From Squalus acanthias (Eukaryota), in assembly GCA_030390025.1 (NCBI GenBank), contig CM059432.1, positions 91,700,001 through 91,764,000 of the forward strand: 64,000 nucleotides of DNA. The letters run 5' to 3'. Below the pieces are notes generated by a model. The model searched no databases. It was given only the letters and a program-made list of their open reading frames with translations, and was not told where the DNA came from. Numbering within the stretch: position 1 is the first letter of the stretch; every line of letters starts with the position of its first letter. Both the position numbers and the translations under genes were made by a program. This document shows positions 48,310 through 59,673 of the stretch, in pieces.

Positions 48310-48540
48310 TAAGAAAGAAAGACTTGCATTTATATAGTGCCGTTCATGTGACCACCAGTTGTCCCAAAGGGCTTTACAGCCAATGAAGTACTTTTTTGAA
48401 GTGTAGTCACTGTTATAATGTAGGAAACGTGGCAGCCAATTTGCGCACAGCAAGCTCCCACAAACAGCAATGTGATGACCAGATAATCTGTTTAAGTGAT
48501 GTTGATTGAGGGATAAATATTGGCTAGGACACCGGGAATA
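48310..48540 (-). mobile_element. Deu-SINE 3' half inserted just inside the Harbinger TIR
   Basis: Reverse complement of 7725-7938. Confidence 0.8.
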
Positions 48541-49065
48541 ACATTAAAGAGTGAGTGGGTTTGGGAGCGGGTGGGTAGTTAAAAGCACTGAAATTGAAAG
48601 CGTGTTAGGAAGCCAGCTTCAACCCGCCGGCTTCCACCTTGAACTCGAGGACATTAGGTTGCGAGCAAGAGACCCCCCTCGGGAGAGGCGGGTTACCTAT
48701 TTAAACCAATTAAGAGCTAGTTAAGAGGCTATTAACAGCCTTTTTTTACCTGTGGTTTGAGTTTTTACTGGGTGTCCATGGGATTCCTGGGCTTGCTGAA
48801 CATCGCCAGTGAAAGTAAAGCGAGAGCGCAGTGGCAATTGAGGGAGCTGAACAAAAGACATTAAAAAAATCAAACCTCACACCTGCTTCCTTGCCTAAGG
48901 GAAAGGCTTTTGCTGACACCACTTGTTCTGAGAGTTTGCTTTCAGGAGTTTGTAGGTGATTTCTACAGCTTTGGCGGTCACTCTCACTCTATTGGTGTCA
49001 CTCTCACTATATTGGAGGATTGTGCATCTGATCTCCACTGTACATCTGTCATATATCAGATCAGA

Positions 49066-50238
49066 ATGGGTGCAGCTTATGCTGTTTCGCCTTGGACCTC
49101 AGATGGGGACCAAGATGAGCAGCAGCAGCAATAACACCAGCAGCACCAGCCGGAGCAGCAGCAGCAGCAGCCTTCTCCTCACCGACCTGCCACTCCACAG
49201 GAGAGAGGCGATGAGCACAGGGGTGCACCTCGCTGGAGGCGATACCCACAACACACAGGGTATACAGGCAGAGGATCAGCTTCCTGGACATGACTGAACA
49301 CCAGTGCCTCAGGAGGCTCAGGGTATCGTGTCAGGTTGTGGCAGACATTTGTAGCCTGCTGGAAGAAGACCTGCTGTCAAGTGGACCTGGTGGACATGCA
49401 TTACCAGTGGCTGTCAAAGTGACCACTGCCCTCAACTTCTTCGCCTCAGGCCCCTTCCAGGGATCTGCAGGAGGTATTTGCAAGATTTTGCAGTCGGCCG
49501 CCCACAAAGGCATCACCCAGGTGACTGATGCCATGTTTACCAGGGCAGGCAGTTATGTATACTTTGCCACTGATGAAGCCAGTCAGAATGAGCGGGCGTT
49601 CAGCTTTGCGGCTCTGACTGGCTTCCCACAGGTGCAGGGCATCATCGACTACACACATCTGGCAATCAAGGCACCCTCAGATCACCCAGGAGTGTTCATG
49701 AACCGTAAGGGCTTCGACTCCATCAATGTGCAGCTCATCTGCAACCACAAAAAGCTCATCATGCATGTGTGCGCCAGATTTCCAGGGAGCTGTCATGATT
49801 CAATCATCCTGCGCCAATCCACCCTCCCTTAGTTCTTTGCACCACTGACCAGACCTACCGGCTGGCTGCTTGGAGACGAAGCCACTGAAGACGTGGCTGA
49901 TGACACCGTTGAGGAGGTCAAGCAATGAGGCCGAAGAGCGCTACAATCAAAACCAAATGATAATGAGATGTGTAATAGAGAAAGCGATCGGGATGATGAA
50001 AATGCGCTTCAGATGCCTGGACAGATATGGGGGAGCCCTTCAATATGCACAGCATAGCGCAGCAGTGAGGATTGGAGCTGCTGGAGGAGCAAGGCACAGA
50101 ATGCAGATCCTCTTCGGAGGAGGAGGAAGAACAGGAGGAACAGAAGGAGGAGGAACCTGATGTGGACATGGCCCCAGTAGCGGTGCACATTGCTACCCTG
50201 GATTCCTGGGATGGCCTTATAATTGCACTATTTAGTTA
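49066..50238 (+). pseudogene. HARBI1-like transposase with stops and frameshifts
   Basis: MGAAYAVSPW, a poly-Q tract, [39 protein letters not shown]. Confidence 0.88.
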
Positions 50239-50546
50239 GGTTGCACCAGTACCCCATATGGCACCCAGATGCTGAACCAACTTCACCACCACCACCCCCG
50301 CGCCCCCCCCCCCCCCCCGCCAGCACAAAGCAGTCCTAAAATGACCAAACCATTATTTTCACAGACACTCATTGCTTGCAATTAAGTCATGCTTTACCAT
50401 TTGCTACAAGTGAGAAGGCCACTTGCCAGGCAGCAGGCAAAAATGGGCAAGACGGGAAAGTGGTGCAAAGAAAATGTTTTATGTGCGTTCAAGTAACGTA
50501 AGCTTCACAGTGAAACATTGCCTAACACACCCATGAGCATACCCTT

Positions 50547-53500
50547 GTGCACCTAGAATTCTTTCCTCTTCCTCTTCCTACCACTTCTACATCGTGCAAC
50601 CTCCGTGGCTTCAGCAGAGGTGGAAGCCGGCTGCTCACTCGCTGCTCTGACTGCTCAGCTGCTTTTGGCCGACGTCCTCTGGGTTTTGAAGCCCATGAGG
50701 GCCCCTGCCAAAGACTGCTCTACCGGCACCTGTGCAAGGACCGACTCGGCCATCGGGACACGAGGCAGCATGTGGGGCTCTGACTGGCCGAGGGGGTGGG
50801 GAGGGTGAAATGGGGGATAAGTGGAAGTACTTTGAGCCGAGTCCCCACTTTCATGTCCCCTTTCACCATCATCCCTCTCATGGCTCACCCGCACTTCCCT
50901 GCTAACAAGGAGCTGGAGAGGACTTTGCTGCACATCAGTGGGGCGATGAACGGAAAGTCTAGGTTTCTATCCATCCTAGTTAAGGTGGCATTCAGAGTGT
51001 GCAAGCTGTTAGTCAGAGCAAGCATGCACTCGTTTGACTGCCACGTTTGATGCTCCATGCAGGTGGCCAACCATTCCATGGACGATCACATCATTGCCAT
51101 GGCCTGTGACATCATGCTGGAGATGGACTCCTCCATTCTCCCTGCAAGCAATCCCATCGCAGCTGGAAATCCTGCCAGAGCATCCCACATTTTCCGTTGC
51201 TCTTCCAGAATCATCCACTTAGTTGATGGCCCCCAAGGTTCAGCATCTTTGTCCAGCTGAGCAGAGCTTGGAGCTTCTTACACCCTCTGACGAGGATTAT
51301 CCACTGCTGTCCCTGTCTACACCATCTGCTCCTCATACGTGGTGTGTGAGATGCCAGGTGACAACACTACTTTCTGACTTCATGGTCCCGCCGATGTATG
51401 TATCTGCACTGGTGCTTGGTCTACATGGGTCGTGTGACGGTGCACCCTCAGAGTATGCGACCTCTGTAAGACTTTCTCTTACTACTGTTCAGACCTCGAG
51501 AATTACAAATAAGCGTAACAATGACAGATAAGTTTGTGATCAATAAAAGTGGTCTATATTCACACTAGTTTAAAAATTCAAGCTTACATAGAAGCACCCT
51601 CGGCAATGCATACGCTCACAGTTTATTAATTCGGCCCAGCAATTCATATGCTTCACAGTTTAGGATCCCCCTTTCAATATATATGCCCACAGTTTCGTAC
51701 ATAAAAGTATCCCCGCAATGTATATCACCCTGGCAATATATATGCCCACAGTTTAGTCAAACATACATAAAAAGTACCCACAGTAATATATTCCCAGCAA
51801 TATATCCACTCCATGTCTGACTTTCGTACATACATACATACATACATACACTCCTCCATGGATGATCAGTCCAGAAAAAGTGATAGGCTGTTCACATTAA
51901 CTGGCCATTTCAACAGCCCCCTTTGTCCTTCTGACTTCGCTTCTGTCTCTTACTCTTTATAGTGCCCTCCAGCCTGGGCCTCCTCATATTTCTCCATCTG
52001 CCTACCTCTGATAGGTCAGTGTCACTGCCAACCTTCCCTGATTGCAGTTCCTTCTGCATGATATGCCCATGTTCCTGTGATGTGTGTGGGGGCAGGACTT
52101 CCTCTTCATCCGATGTTTCTCTTTCCTGTCCATGTGGTCTCAAACAAAGGACTATATGCTGACCCACCTCCATTTTGAATCCTTACAGACAAAGGAACAC
52201 ATGCTGACTTCCTCCATTTTGAATCTGTCAATTATCATCTCACAATTCATTCGCAATTTCGATCTCCACACGGTAGCAGCGGTTTTATTATGTATATAGC
52301 AGCATGTATAGCAGCTTACACCTCCTCTGAGGAGTCTTCCTCCTCTGGCTGGACTGCCTGGGGGACACTTGATGGGTCTGTGGGAGAGTAACGACATGAA
52401 TTAGAACTGTCATGATAAGAATGTTGTAAGTAACCATTATGCACATGATCATATTTCACTGGCTGCTGACATCAAGTAAACCTGAGTGAGTGTTGTATGC
52501 CATGTGGCTGTGTGATAGTTAATTCTATCACCAGGTAACTGGGAGGCCCCACATCTCTCCATCTCCGATCATCAGGCCGCCGACACTCAGCTTATCTCCA
52601 GCACATCCTCCTCTGCTGCTGTCCTTTCCATGGAAGAGCACATCATCGCCATTGCCTGCGACATGGTGCTACTCATGTTGGAGATGGACTCCTCCATTTC
52701 CTCTACAATCGCGTACATCATGGCTGGAAAAGCTGCCAGAGCCTTGCGCATTTGTTGCTGCTCCTCCAAGATCAACCTCTTTGTCGACGGCCCCCGAGGT
52801 TCAGCATCTGCGTCCAGCTGAACAGAGCGTCCTGCGCCCTCCGACATGTGATGTGTGAGACACCAGGTGACAACACAACTGTCTGTCTTATTGGTCCCAC
52901 TGACGTGTGTATCTGAGCTGGTGCATGGTCTGCATGAGCCTGGTGACCGTGCACCTTCAGAGTGAGTGACCTCTTCTGAGGAGTCGTCATCGTCCTCTGG
53001 CATCACCTCCTGCAGGACACTTGATGGGCCTGTGGGAGATTAAAGACATGAATTAGAACTGTCACAGTAAGAATGTTGTAAGTGAACATTATGCACATGA
53101 TCATATTTCACTGGCTGCTGACATCAAGTCACCATGAGTGACTGTTGTATGCCACATGGCTGTGTGATATTTAATTCTGTCACCAGGTAGCTGGGAGTTC
53201 CCCTTCTCTCCATCTCCCACTACCAGCAGCTCTGCAGATCGCCAGCACCTTCTCCTCTGCTGCAGTCAGTGGTGTCATGACTGGAGGACCACCTCGGTTT
53301 TCTGTCTCTCCCGGGTGTTCTGTGCTCTCTTCTCCTGCAAGAAGGGAAACAAGAGACTTTTGAGTGAGTGATGGAGTGAGTGGAAAGGATGGATGGGCAA
53401 CATCTGTAGAGGGTGACTATGAGGGAGAGGCGTGACATTGCATTAAGATGGTGGTGAGTGTCAGTGGTGGATGGTCAGATAGAAATGTGAGTAAGTGCAT

Positions 53501-53859
53501 TGACAGAGCGGGATGGGTGCACCTGCAAGGTATATTGGTGTGAGGAGTGATGTGCAGGAGTAGGCTTGGGAAGGCAGAGTGAGGGGGTTGGGGTGACATG
53601 CACATCAGGACATAGTTGAATGTGGCATTGTACTCACCTTTCCTGACCTCATGAGGTCATTAAAGCTCTTCCTGCACTAGATCCATGACCTGGCTACCAC
53701 ACTCCTGCTGCTCACTTCTGCTGAGATCCACAGCCATGTCTTGGTCTCGGCAGCTGTCAGCAGGGAATAGGACCATCCTGCAGGCCCTGACTCCTTGGAC
53801 AGGAGTTCCAGGGAGGCATCACTGAATCCAGGGGCAGCTTTTTGGTGCTGAGTCTGCAT
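50547..53859 (-). pseudogene. Harbinger Myb/SANT-like gene, degenerate and partly duplicated
   Basis: Exon 1 MQTQHQKAAPGFSDASLELL with donor AAG|GTGAGT near 53638. Last-exon homology to 9637-10550. Confidence 0.75.
51465..52320 (-). mobile_element. Solo LTR (856 bp)
   Basis: TGTAAG...CTTACA perfect 6-bp inverted termini. 4-bp TSD CCTC (51461-51464, 52321-52324). Orientation tentative (minus-strand TATAAA near 51958, AATAAA near 51624). Confidence 0.85.
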
Positions 53860-54061
53860 TTTTTTAATTATCCAGTAATCTAAATTTCTTTGCCAACAAG
53901 CAATTCACTATTAACACAATACACTCTCTTCTCCAACAACCTCTCTTGCACCTCCACTAACTTTCAACTGTCACCTGTGCACTGCTCCTCTAAATACCGG
54001 AGCTGAATTGGAGCCATGCGTGACATCATCACGCCCGCTCCTGTTAATTGGATGGGAAACA

Positions 54062-54583
54062 GAGGGCATAGCTGATGTACTAAATGAATACTTTACATCT
54101 GTCTTCACTCAAGAATAGGATGTTATCAATGTCACAGTAAAGGAGAAGGAGGTGGAGAAATTGGATAAAGAGAAAGTACGTAAACGGTTGGCAGCGCCCA
54201 AAGCAGAAAAGTCACCTGGTCTAGATGGGATGCATCCTAGGTTGCTGAGGGAAGTAAGGGTGCAAGTAGCAGAGGCTTTGCCCACAATCTTTCAATCCTC
54301 CTTGGATATGGGAGTGGTGCCAGAGGACTGGAAGGTTGCAAATGTTACATCCCTGTTCAAAAAGGGGGAGAGAGATAAATCAGGTAACTACAGGCCAATC
54401 AGCCTAACTTCAGTGGTGGGAAAACTACTTGGGACCATAATCTGGGGCAAAATTAATTGTCACTTAGAAGAACATGGATTAATAAATGACAGCCAACATG
54501 AATTTGATAAAGGCAAATCATTCTCTTATAAACTTGATTGAGTACTTCAATGAAATAACAGGGAGGGTTGATGAGGGTAATAT
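54062..54583 (+). mobile_element. CR1 fragment, target of the large LTR element
   Basis: KSPGLDGMHPRLLRE...NYRPISLTSVVGK; breaks exactly at the LTR start. Confidence 0.85.
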
Positions 54584-56329
54584 TGTAGAATTCGCAATAT
54601 ATCGCGATTTGATTAATAAGGAGAAAAACACAAAGTTTCGTTCAAACAGCTTTTATTTCAGCAGAATGCTGACAGGTTTAAATTGGACACAAGCAGCCTG
54701 TAAAATGGCCGCCGCACCTCGTGACAGAACATTCTAGACTTTTCAACAGGCAGACAAGATGGCGTTCCATTAAACGTTTTTTCAAGATCGATAACGATTC
54801 AGCACAGTGAAGATAATACACGAGACATTATGGGTTTACAGTATAAACATAGATACTGAAATCGGTCTCCCAGGTACAAAGGAAAGCCATTGTACCGAGT
54901 AATCAAGGGCCCATCCAAAGGACATTAATATGTAAACTCCCAACGACTCTACGATGAGAGAGCCGTTAGCAGGTAGTTATACAGGACACTTGGAAGCCCC
55001 AAACCCCTCCAGGGAGAACACCGACCGATTTAACAATGGGAGAAGTATTAACAGGTACTCAAACATTCATGAGTAGCCCCGAAACCCATTAAGGACGGAG
55101 ATCACCCATACAAGACATTTGGGCGCCAAACCCTAAACAAAAGAATGGACATTATAGTTGGGCGGGAAACGGAAGATTTTTGCACTATAATTGCAGGCCC
55201 CAAACCGTCCACTCGCTCTCTTGCCTCTTGCCTCGTGCTCTTGCTCTTGCTCCTGCATTCGCTCGCTTGCTCCTGTGCTTTTATCCGGTCGATTCGTAAC
55301 CTCGTGGCTGCTCCTGTGTACTCGTAGTTGGGCTTCTGCGTGCCTGTTGCCTCTTCTGAAAAGACTGTTGCACTTTCTGATCCGTTCGGATCTACCTCGT
55401 GTCGCGTAACGAAGACCTATGTTGGTAACTGGCAGCGGAACCAAAGGCCCGAGATGAGATGAGATGAGATGAGAGGAGAAGAGAAGAAGACCATATCCAT
55501 CGCCACGGTCAGTAAATCCCGACCGCGCCTGTAGGTCGATTAGCCAAGTTTTCCTCGCCAGGAAGATTTCTCTTTCGAACTTATAACGAAACATATTGCA
55601 TCAATGATAACTGGACTGTGCCCAAAGCAACTGGAACGTGCAAACATATCGTATCAATGATATTGACAACGGTGCTCCAAGATTAAACTGTGAAGCCCAC
55701 CAACAGAGGTCTTCACCACAGCGGACGGTCCAGCCTACTAGCCGGAGCAGCAGAAGCAAGTAAACAAGTGGGACCAGGAGATCTCCTGACCGACACGTGG
55801 GTGCTGCGGTGAAAAACATCCGATCAGCTATTCGGAATTTCTCCGAGTTGTCACGAGTGGTGAGCATGAGTCTCGAGATCCTACGAAGCTAGTTTAGGAT
55901 AGATATTGATAGGGGAGGGTTTAAAGATTAAGGATATTTGTAATGTGTGCCCCTATTTACGTTGTGCCGTTCGTTCCTCGTTTCCCTAAGATCGACTATA
56001 TAACCGTTTGTAAGATTGTACTGTCATTAATCTGTGCTTATGACATGTATTTCATAATTTTAAGTATCATGCAATAAAGATTTTCCATTTCGTACCATTC
56101 AAACCAAGTCTACATGAGTTTTATCTCCATTACTGCTCTCGCATCTAAGTCCAGTGTCTAGAACCGTAAGGGAGAGTGATTCGAACCACTCACAGGTGTG
56201 TCTAGTGTTCCCAGACTGGCTGGAGACCAGAACAGGCAACCAGGCCTAGACCCGCACTGACATACAGGCTGCACAGAGCCGCGTGAATCTCACAGGCTAC
56301 GAGACACGCAGGGTCAGGAATCCCTTACA
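54584..56329 (+). repeat. 5' LTR (1746 bp)
   Basis: TGTA...TACA termini. GC box near 55160, TATAA at 55186, AATAAA at 56073. The end is inferred from the PBS position. Confidence 0.88.
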
Positions 56330-56333
56330 GAAA

Positions 56334-58145
56334 ATGGCGACCGCGGCAGGACACTGGCAGCGAGAGGGTAGTGTGTTAGATTTTGGAATGACTGTACGAA
56401 ATGTTATGCAGGAAAAGATAGCGGATTATGTGTTTGGAAAGGTTAATCTAACTAAAAAGTGGATAAGTGAGTTGTTAGCGGATAAGAGCCCACTAGAGGC
56501 AGCTGAAAGGTGGACTGATAGTAAGGAACATAAAAAGACAGTTGAGAAAGCAGTCTGGCTTATGTGCTACAAAAGGCAGGTTCAGATTTCAAACCAGACC
56601 ATTACAGCGCTAACAGCTCGTATCAGCCATTTAGAGGGAGAAATGGAGGAGAAGGTTTCTGGAGGGGAGGTGCTCATTAAGAATTTAAATGAGTTACACC
56701 AGGAAAGCCAGGAAGTCTCCAGTTACCTTAAAACAAGGATAGAGTATCTCGAGTGCCAGGTCACTGAAGCAAAATTGAACGAGAGTAGGTTAAAGGAAAG
56801 ATGTAACCGCCAAGCTGCCCAGATAAGAACTCAAGAAGAGAGCTTAATGGGGGTTAGGTCGGCGTATAAGTTGGCCCTTGAGGATAAGTTTCAGGGAGCC
56901 GACCATAGCGCCTGCCAAAGGGAGATAGAGAGCCTCAAAAAGGCCGTGAATAATGCGAACGGCATGGTGTGCCTTATCAATCCGTCGGCGCACCAGCCGC
57001 TAGTAAATGAGAGATTTAGAAATTCCCCACCAAGTAAAGCAGAAGAAGTAGTAGCCACTGCGCCCTCCGCGCCACCCAGCTATTCAGAAACCTGGGTTAG
57101 GGAGGAAGCAACGGAAGAAACAAAAGAGCCCATTGAAAAGGAAGTAGAAAAGGGATCGTTGTATCCAGTAACGGGGATTAAAAGGGGCCCAAGCAGAAAC
57201 GGTGGGGAAGAACCGGGGGATCTCCTCGGACAGCTGGTGTTGCCTCACAGTTCACATCAGCTGAGAGCTATGATAAATCACGTACGGAAGCTGACCGAGA
57301 TAGACGACCCTTCCGTACATTTCAGGGAAGTTGAGCAAGCCGCAGCCATTAACGGCTGCGATGATGGGGAGACAGCAAAAATGCTGCTGTTCTCATTAGA
57401 CAGCTCGGTCCTTCAGTGTCTCTCAGGCGAGAGCAAGAGGGGAAACAAAAGTTATGAGGAATTGAAAAATGAGGTCCTAGAAGTAGTGGGGGCGAACGAC
57501 GGAGGTCCGTTTGCTAGAGTGGGACAGACAGTGCAGATGGAGGGAGAACCCCCGAAGGTTTTTGCCGACAGGCTGTGGCCAGTATATGAGCGCAGCTGTC
57601 TAGGTGCGCCCGAGCGCGAAGATGTGGAAGGCGCCGCTCTAATTCATTGGCTTAGGTGCATAATAGCCAACAGTTTACCAGCTGTTAGAGAGCAGGCAAA
57701 AGCCTGGTTCGATCCCAATGACCTCAACCTTACGGAAGAGTCGGTCTTGAATCGACTCACGTTAGGTTATCGTAACATAAGGGGTATGACGACACGTCCC
57801 TTTAAGGGAAGAGTACATGAGGTACGACCCGCAGCCCCGGCTCAAAGAGAGTGGCATCAGGAGGGTAATCGCGCCCCACAGGCAAGTAATGCCTGTTACG
57901 GGTGTGGGAAGACAGGGCACTGGCGCAAGCACTGCAGGAACCCTTGGAAGGATTCCAAGGATAAAAATCCCGCGGTCCGAGCCCAGGCGCCTGTCCCGCC
58001 TAAGGAAGCAAAGGCACCCACCCCTCCCGACGACCTCGAAGCAGTGTTAGGAGCCATGCGCAAGATGGTTTTGAATGCGCGTGGACAGGTGGCGGTCGCA
58101 ACCGGCCCCGTAGGTGCCGCAGGACCGTCTAATAGTACCCAATGA
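56334..58145 (+). CDS. gag: Gag (603 aa from the first ATG): coiled coil, PSAP/PPSY late motifs, capsid-like region, one CCHC knuckle
   Basis: Uninterrupted ORF; APSAPPSY; CYGCGKTGHWRKHC. Confidence 0.88.
   Translation: MATAAGHWQREGSVLDFGMTVRNVMQEKIADYVFGKVNLTKKWISELLADKSPLEAAERWTDSKEHKKTVEKAVWLMCYKRQVQISNQTITALTARISHLEGEMEEKVSGGEVLIKNLNELHQESQEVSSYLKTRIEYLECQVTEAKLNESRLKERCNRQAAQIRTQEESLMGVRSAYKLALEDKFQGADHSACQREIESLKKAVNNANGMVCLINPSAHQPLVNERFRNSPPSKAEEVVATAPSAPPSYSETWVREEATEETKEPIEKEVEKGSLYPVTGIKRGPSRNGGEEPGDLLGQLVLPHSSHQLRAMINHVRKLTEIDDPSVHFREVEQAAAINGCDDGETAKMLLFSLDSSVLQCLSGESKRGNKSYEELKNEVLEVVGANDGGPFARVGQTVQMEGEPPKVFADRLWPVYERSCLGAPEREDVEGAALIHWLRCIIANSLPAVREQAKAWFDPNDLNLTEESVLNRLTLGYRNIRGMTTRPFKGRVHEVRPAAPAQREWHQEGNRAPQASNACYGCGKTGHWRKHCRNPWKDSKDKNPAVRAQAPVPPKEAKAPTPPDDLEAVLGAMRKMVLNARGQVAVATGPVGAAGPSNSTQ
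56335..56352 (+). promoter_or_regulatory. Primer-binding site, tRNA-Arg(TCG)
   Basis: TGGCGACCGCGGCAGGAC is complementary to GTCCTGCCGCGGTCG-CCA, the vertebrate tRNA-Arg-TCG 3' end as recalled. Confidence 0.85.
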
Positions 58146-59378
58146 CTAGAGCCCACGCAGCCTGCCTACCTGTGTCCTTTTAAAGGACACGCACAGGAGG
58201 GGGTCTGCGGTGAGGAGGCCAGGTTAAAAGAGCAGGCCTTGCGGGAGGAGAACGCCCGCTTAATAGGGAAAATAGATGGGCTGGAAGGGCAGCTTAGAGA
58301 GCAGGCCCTGCGGGAGGAGAACGCCCGATCAATGGGAAAGTTAGACGTGCTCAGGCTAGAAGCGCAGCTTAGAGAGATAAAAGCAGCCTACAGGGTAGCC
58401 AAGAGCAGGGAGTATGAGGATTTAAAACAGGATAGAAATCTGCAGCCTCCAGCAGGTGAGATTTCACAGAAACAAGCAGGGGCGGTGGCCTGTCTTAAGG
58501 GAGGGGCCAGACCTGCGAGTGGGAAAGCACAGCCCCAGGTAGGACCACAAGGCACACAGGCAGGCATAGCAGCTTGCATCAGGGGAAGGGACATCCCGGA
58601 CGATCATGCAGCGTTTTTCTGGAGTTGGGGGTTAGATGAGGAAGAACCCAGGGTACCCTGGTCAGATGAGGATAGTGCAGATGAGCATAGTGATGACGAC
58701 GGGTGGTTTCGGAGGAACGGTCCCTTTTACGATATGGAGGGGACGGGGGCTGCAGGTAGAGATCCACACAGGGTGGACACACGAGCTGCAGGTCCCGAAG
58801 ACAGGAGGGAGGAGCTAGAGGAGGCAGGGCCAGCCGCTATGGGAGCACAGAGAGTACCGGTGTGGCTCCCAGAGATGTGGCCGCCCGCTTTGAACGTCCA
58901 GTCCTCAGGGGAGGCAGAGATCACGAGTGAAGGGCCGCCTGCTGGGCCGAGCAGGGCGGAGCCACGAACTGCCAGCCCCGAGGTTAGGGAGGCGGAGTCA
59001 GCGGAGGCGGAGCCGGCGACTGTGATGGAACCCCAGGTCATCCCGTTGGAGGTCTCGGAACCCGGTCCGTCCGTCACGGAACCCCCGCCCATAGCAACTC
59101 CCCGTAGGTCAAGTAGAGAACCCCAGCCCAGGAGGATGTGGTCATGTCCCCAGACTGCCCCAAGGCGTAAAATTCAGGTTAAGATAACCCGGGTAGAGAC
59201 AGGCCACATCGCAGCAGTAACAGGCTGCGGCAGATCAGAGGAAAGGGTCAGCGCAGTAACAGGCTGCGGCAGATCAGAGGAAAGGGTCAGCGCAGCAACA
59301 GGCTGCGGCAGATCAGAGGGAAGGGTCAGTGCCCTCCCACCGTCGGGAAGAGCTCGCAGCAGCCTTCTCAGAATTTAA
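58146..59378 (+). CDS. ORF2 (410 codons), in frame after the gag stop, non-enzymatic
   Basis: No stop from 58146 to 59375. No DTG/DSG, YxDD or integrase motifs. Confidence 0.6.
   Translation, partial: LEPTQPAYLCPFKGHAQEGVCGEEARLKEQALREENARLIGKIDGLEGQLREQALREENARSMGKLDVLRLEAQLREIKAAYRVAKSREYEDLKQDRNLQPPAGEISQKQAGAVACLKGGARPASGKAQPQVGPQGTQAGIAACIRGRDIPDDHAAFFWSWGLDEEEPRVPWSDEDSADEHSDDDGWFRRNGPFYDMEGTGAAGRDPHRVDTRAAGPEDRREELEEAGPAAMGAQRVPVWLPEMWPPALNVQSSGEAEITSEGPPAGPSRAEPRTASPEVREAESAEAEPATVMEPQVIPLEVSEPGPSVTEPPPIATPRRSSREPQPRRMWSCPQTAPRRKIQVKITRVETGHIAAVTGCGRSEERVSAVTGCGRSEERVSAATGCGRSEGRVSALPPSGRARSSLLRI
59214..59330 (+). repeat. 3 x 39-bp in-frame tandem repeat (AVTGCGRSEERVS)
   Basis: Units start at 59214, 59253 and 59292. 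Confidence 0.92.
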
Positions 59379-59673
59379 AGGGGCCGCCCTGAGAACGGGC
59401 GGCACTGTAAAGTTATTAGTTTTAAGTTTTAAGTTTATAGTTCAAGGTTAAGTTTTAAGTTTGTAGTTTTAATAAGGCTAAGTTTGTAGTGTTTTTAACA
59501 AAAAACGATAAAATGATGGGAGTTTTAAGGCTAGGTTTAGAGGAAGTCTATTCAGCAAACGTTGAAGTTTACGTGAGGCGAGGTCAGGGGACCCGCTCAC
59601 CCTTCACAACAGCCAGAGACCTTTTTGCGAGGCCGGCTACCTCATTCTATCTGATCACAGGAACCAAGGAAGG

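Larger units (their letters stand above)
48294..54060 (+). mobile_element. Harbinger copy C: left TIR, transposase, convergent Myb/SANT gene; carries a SINE, a solo LTR and an internal duplication; right end lost
   Basis: GGGCTGAATTTT terminus; collinear with copy B. Confidence 0.85.

Noticed and set aside
55133..55867. Antisense ORFs of 153 and 88 aa in both LTRs
   Set aside because: They run through GAGAT and CTTG microsatellites and have no recognisable motif. Identity between copies only reflects LTR duplication.
56283..56333. GTG start of the 620-aa gag ORF in the ORF track
   Set aside because: It lies within U5; the first ATG is at 56334.
59214..59330. CRISPR-like array
   Set aside because: Contiguous repeats without spacers, in eukaryotic DNA.
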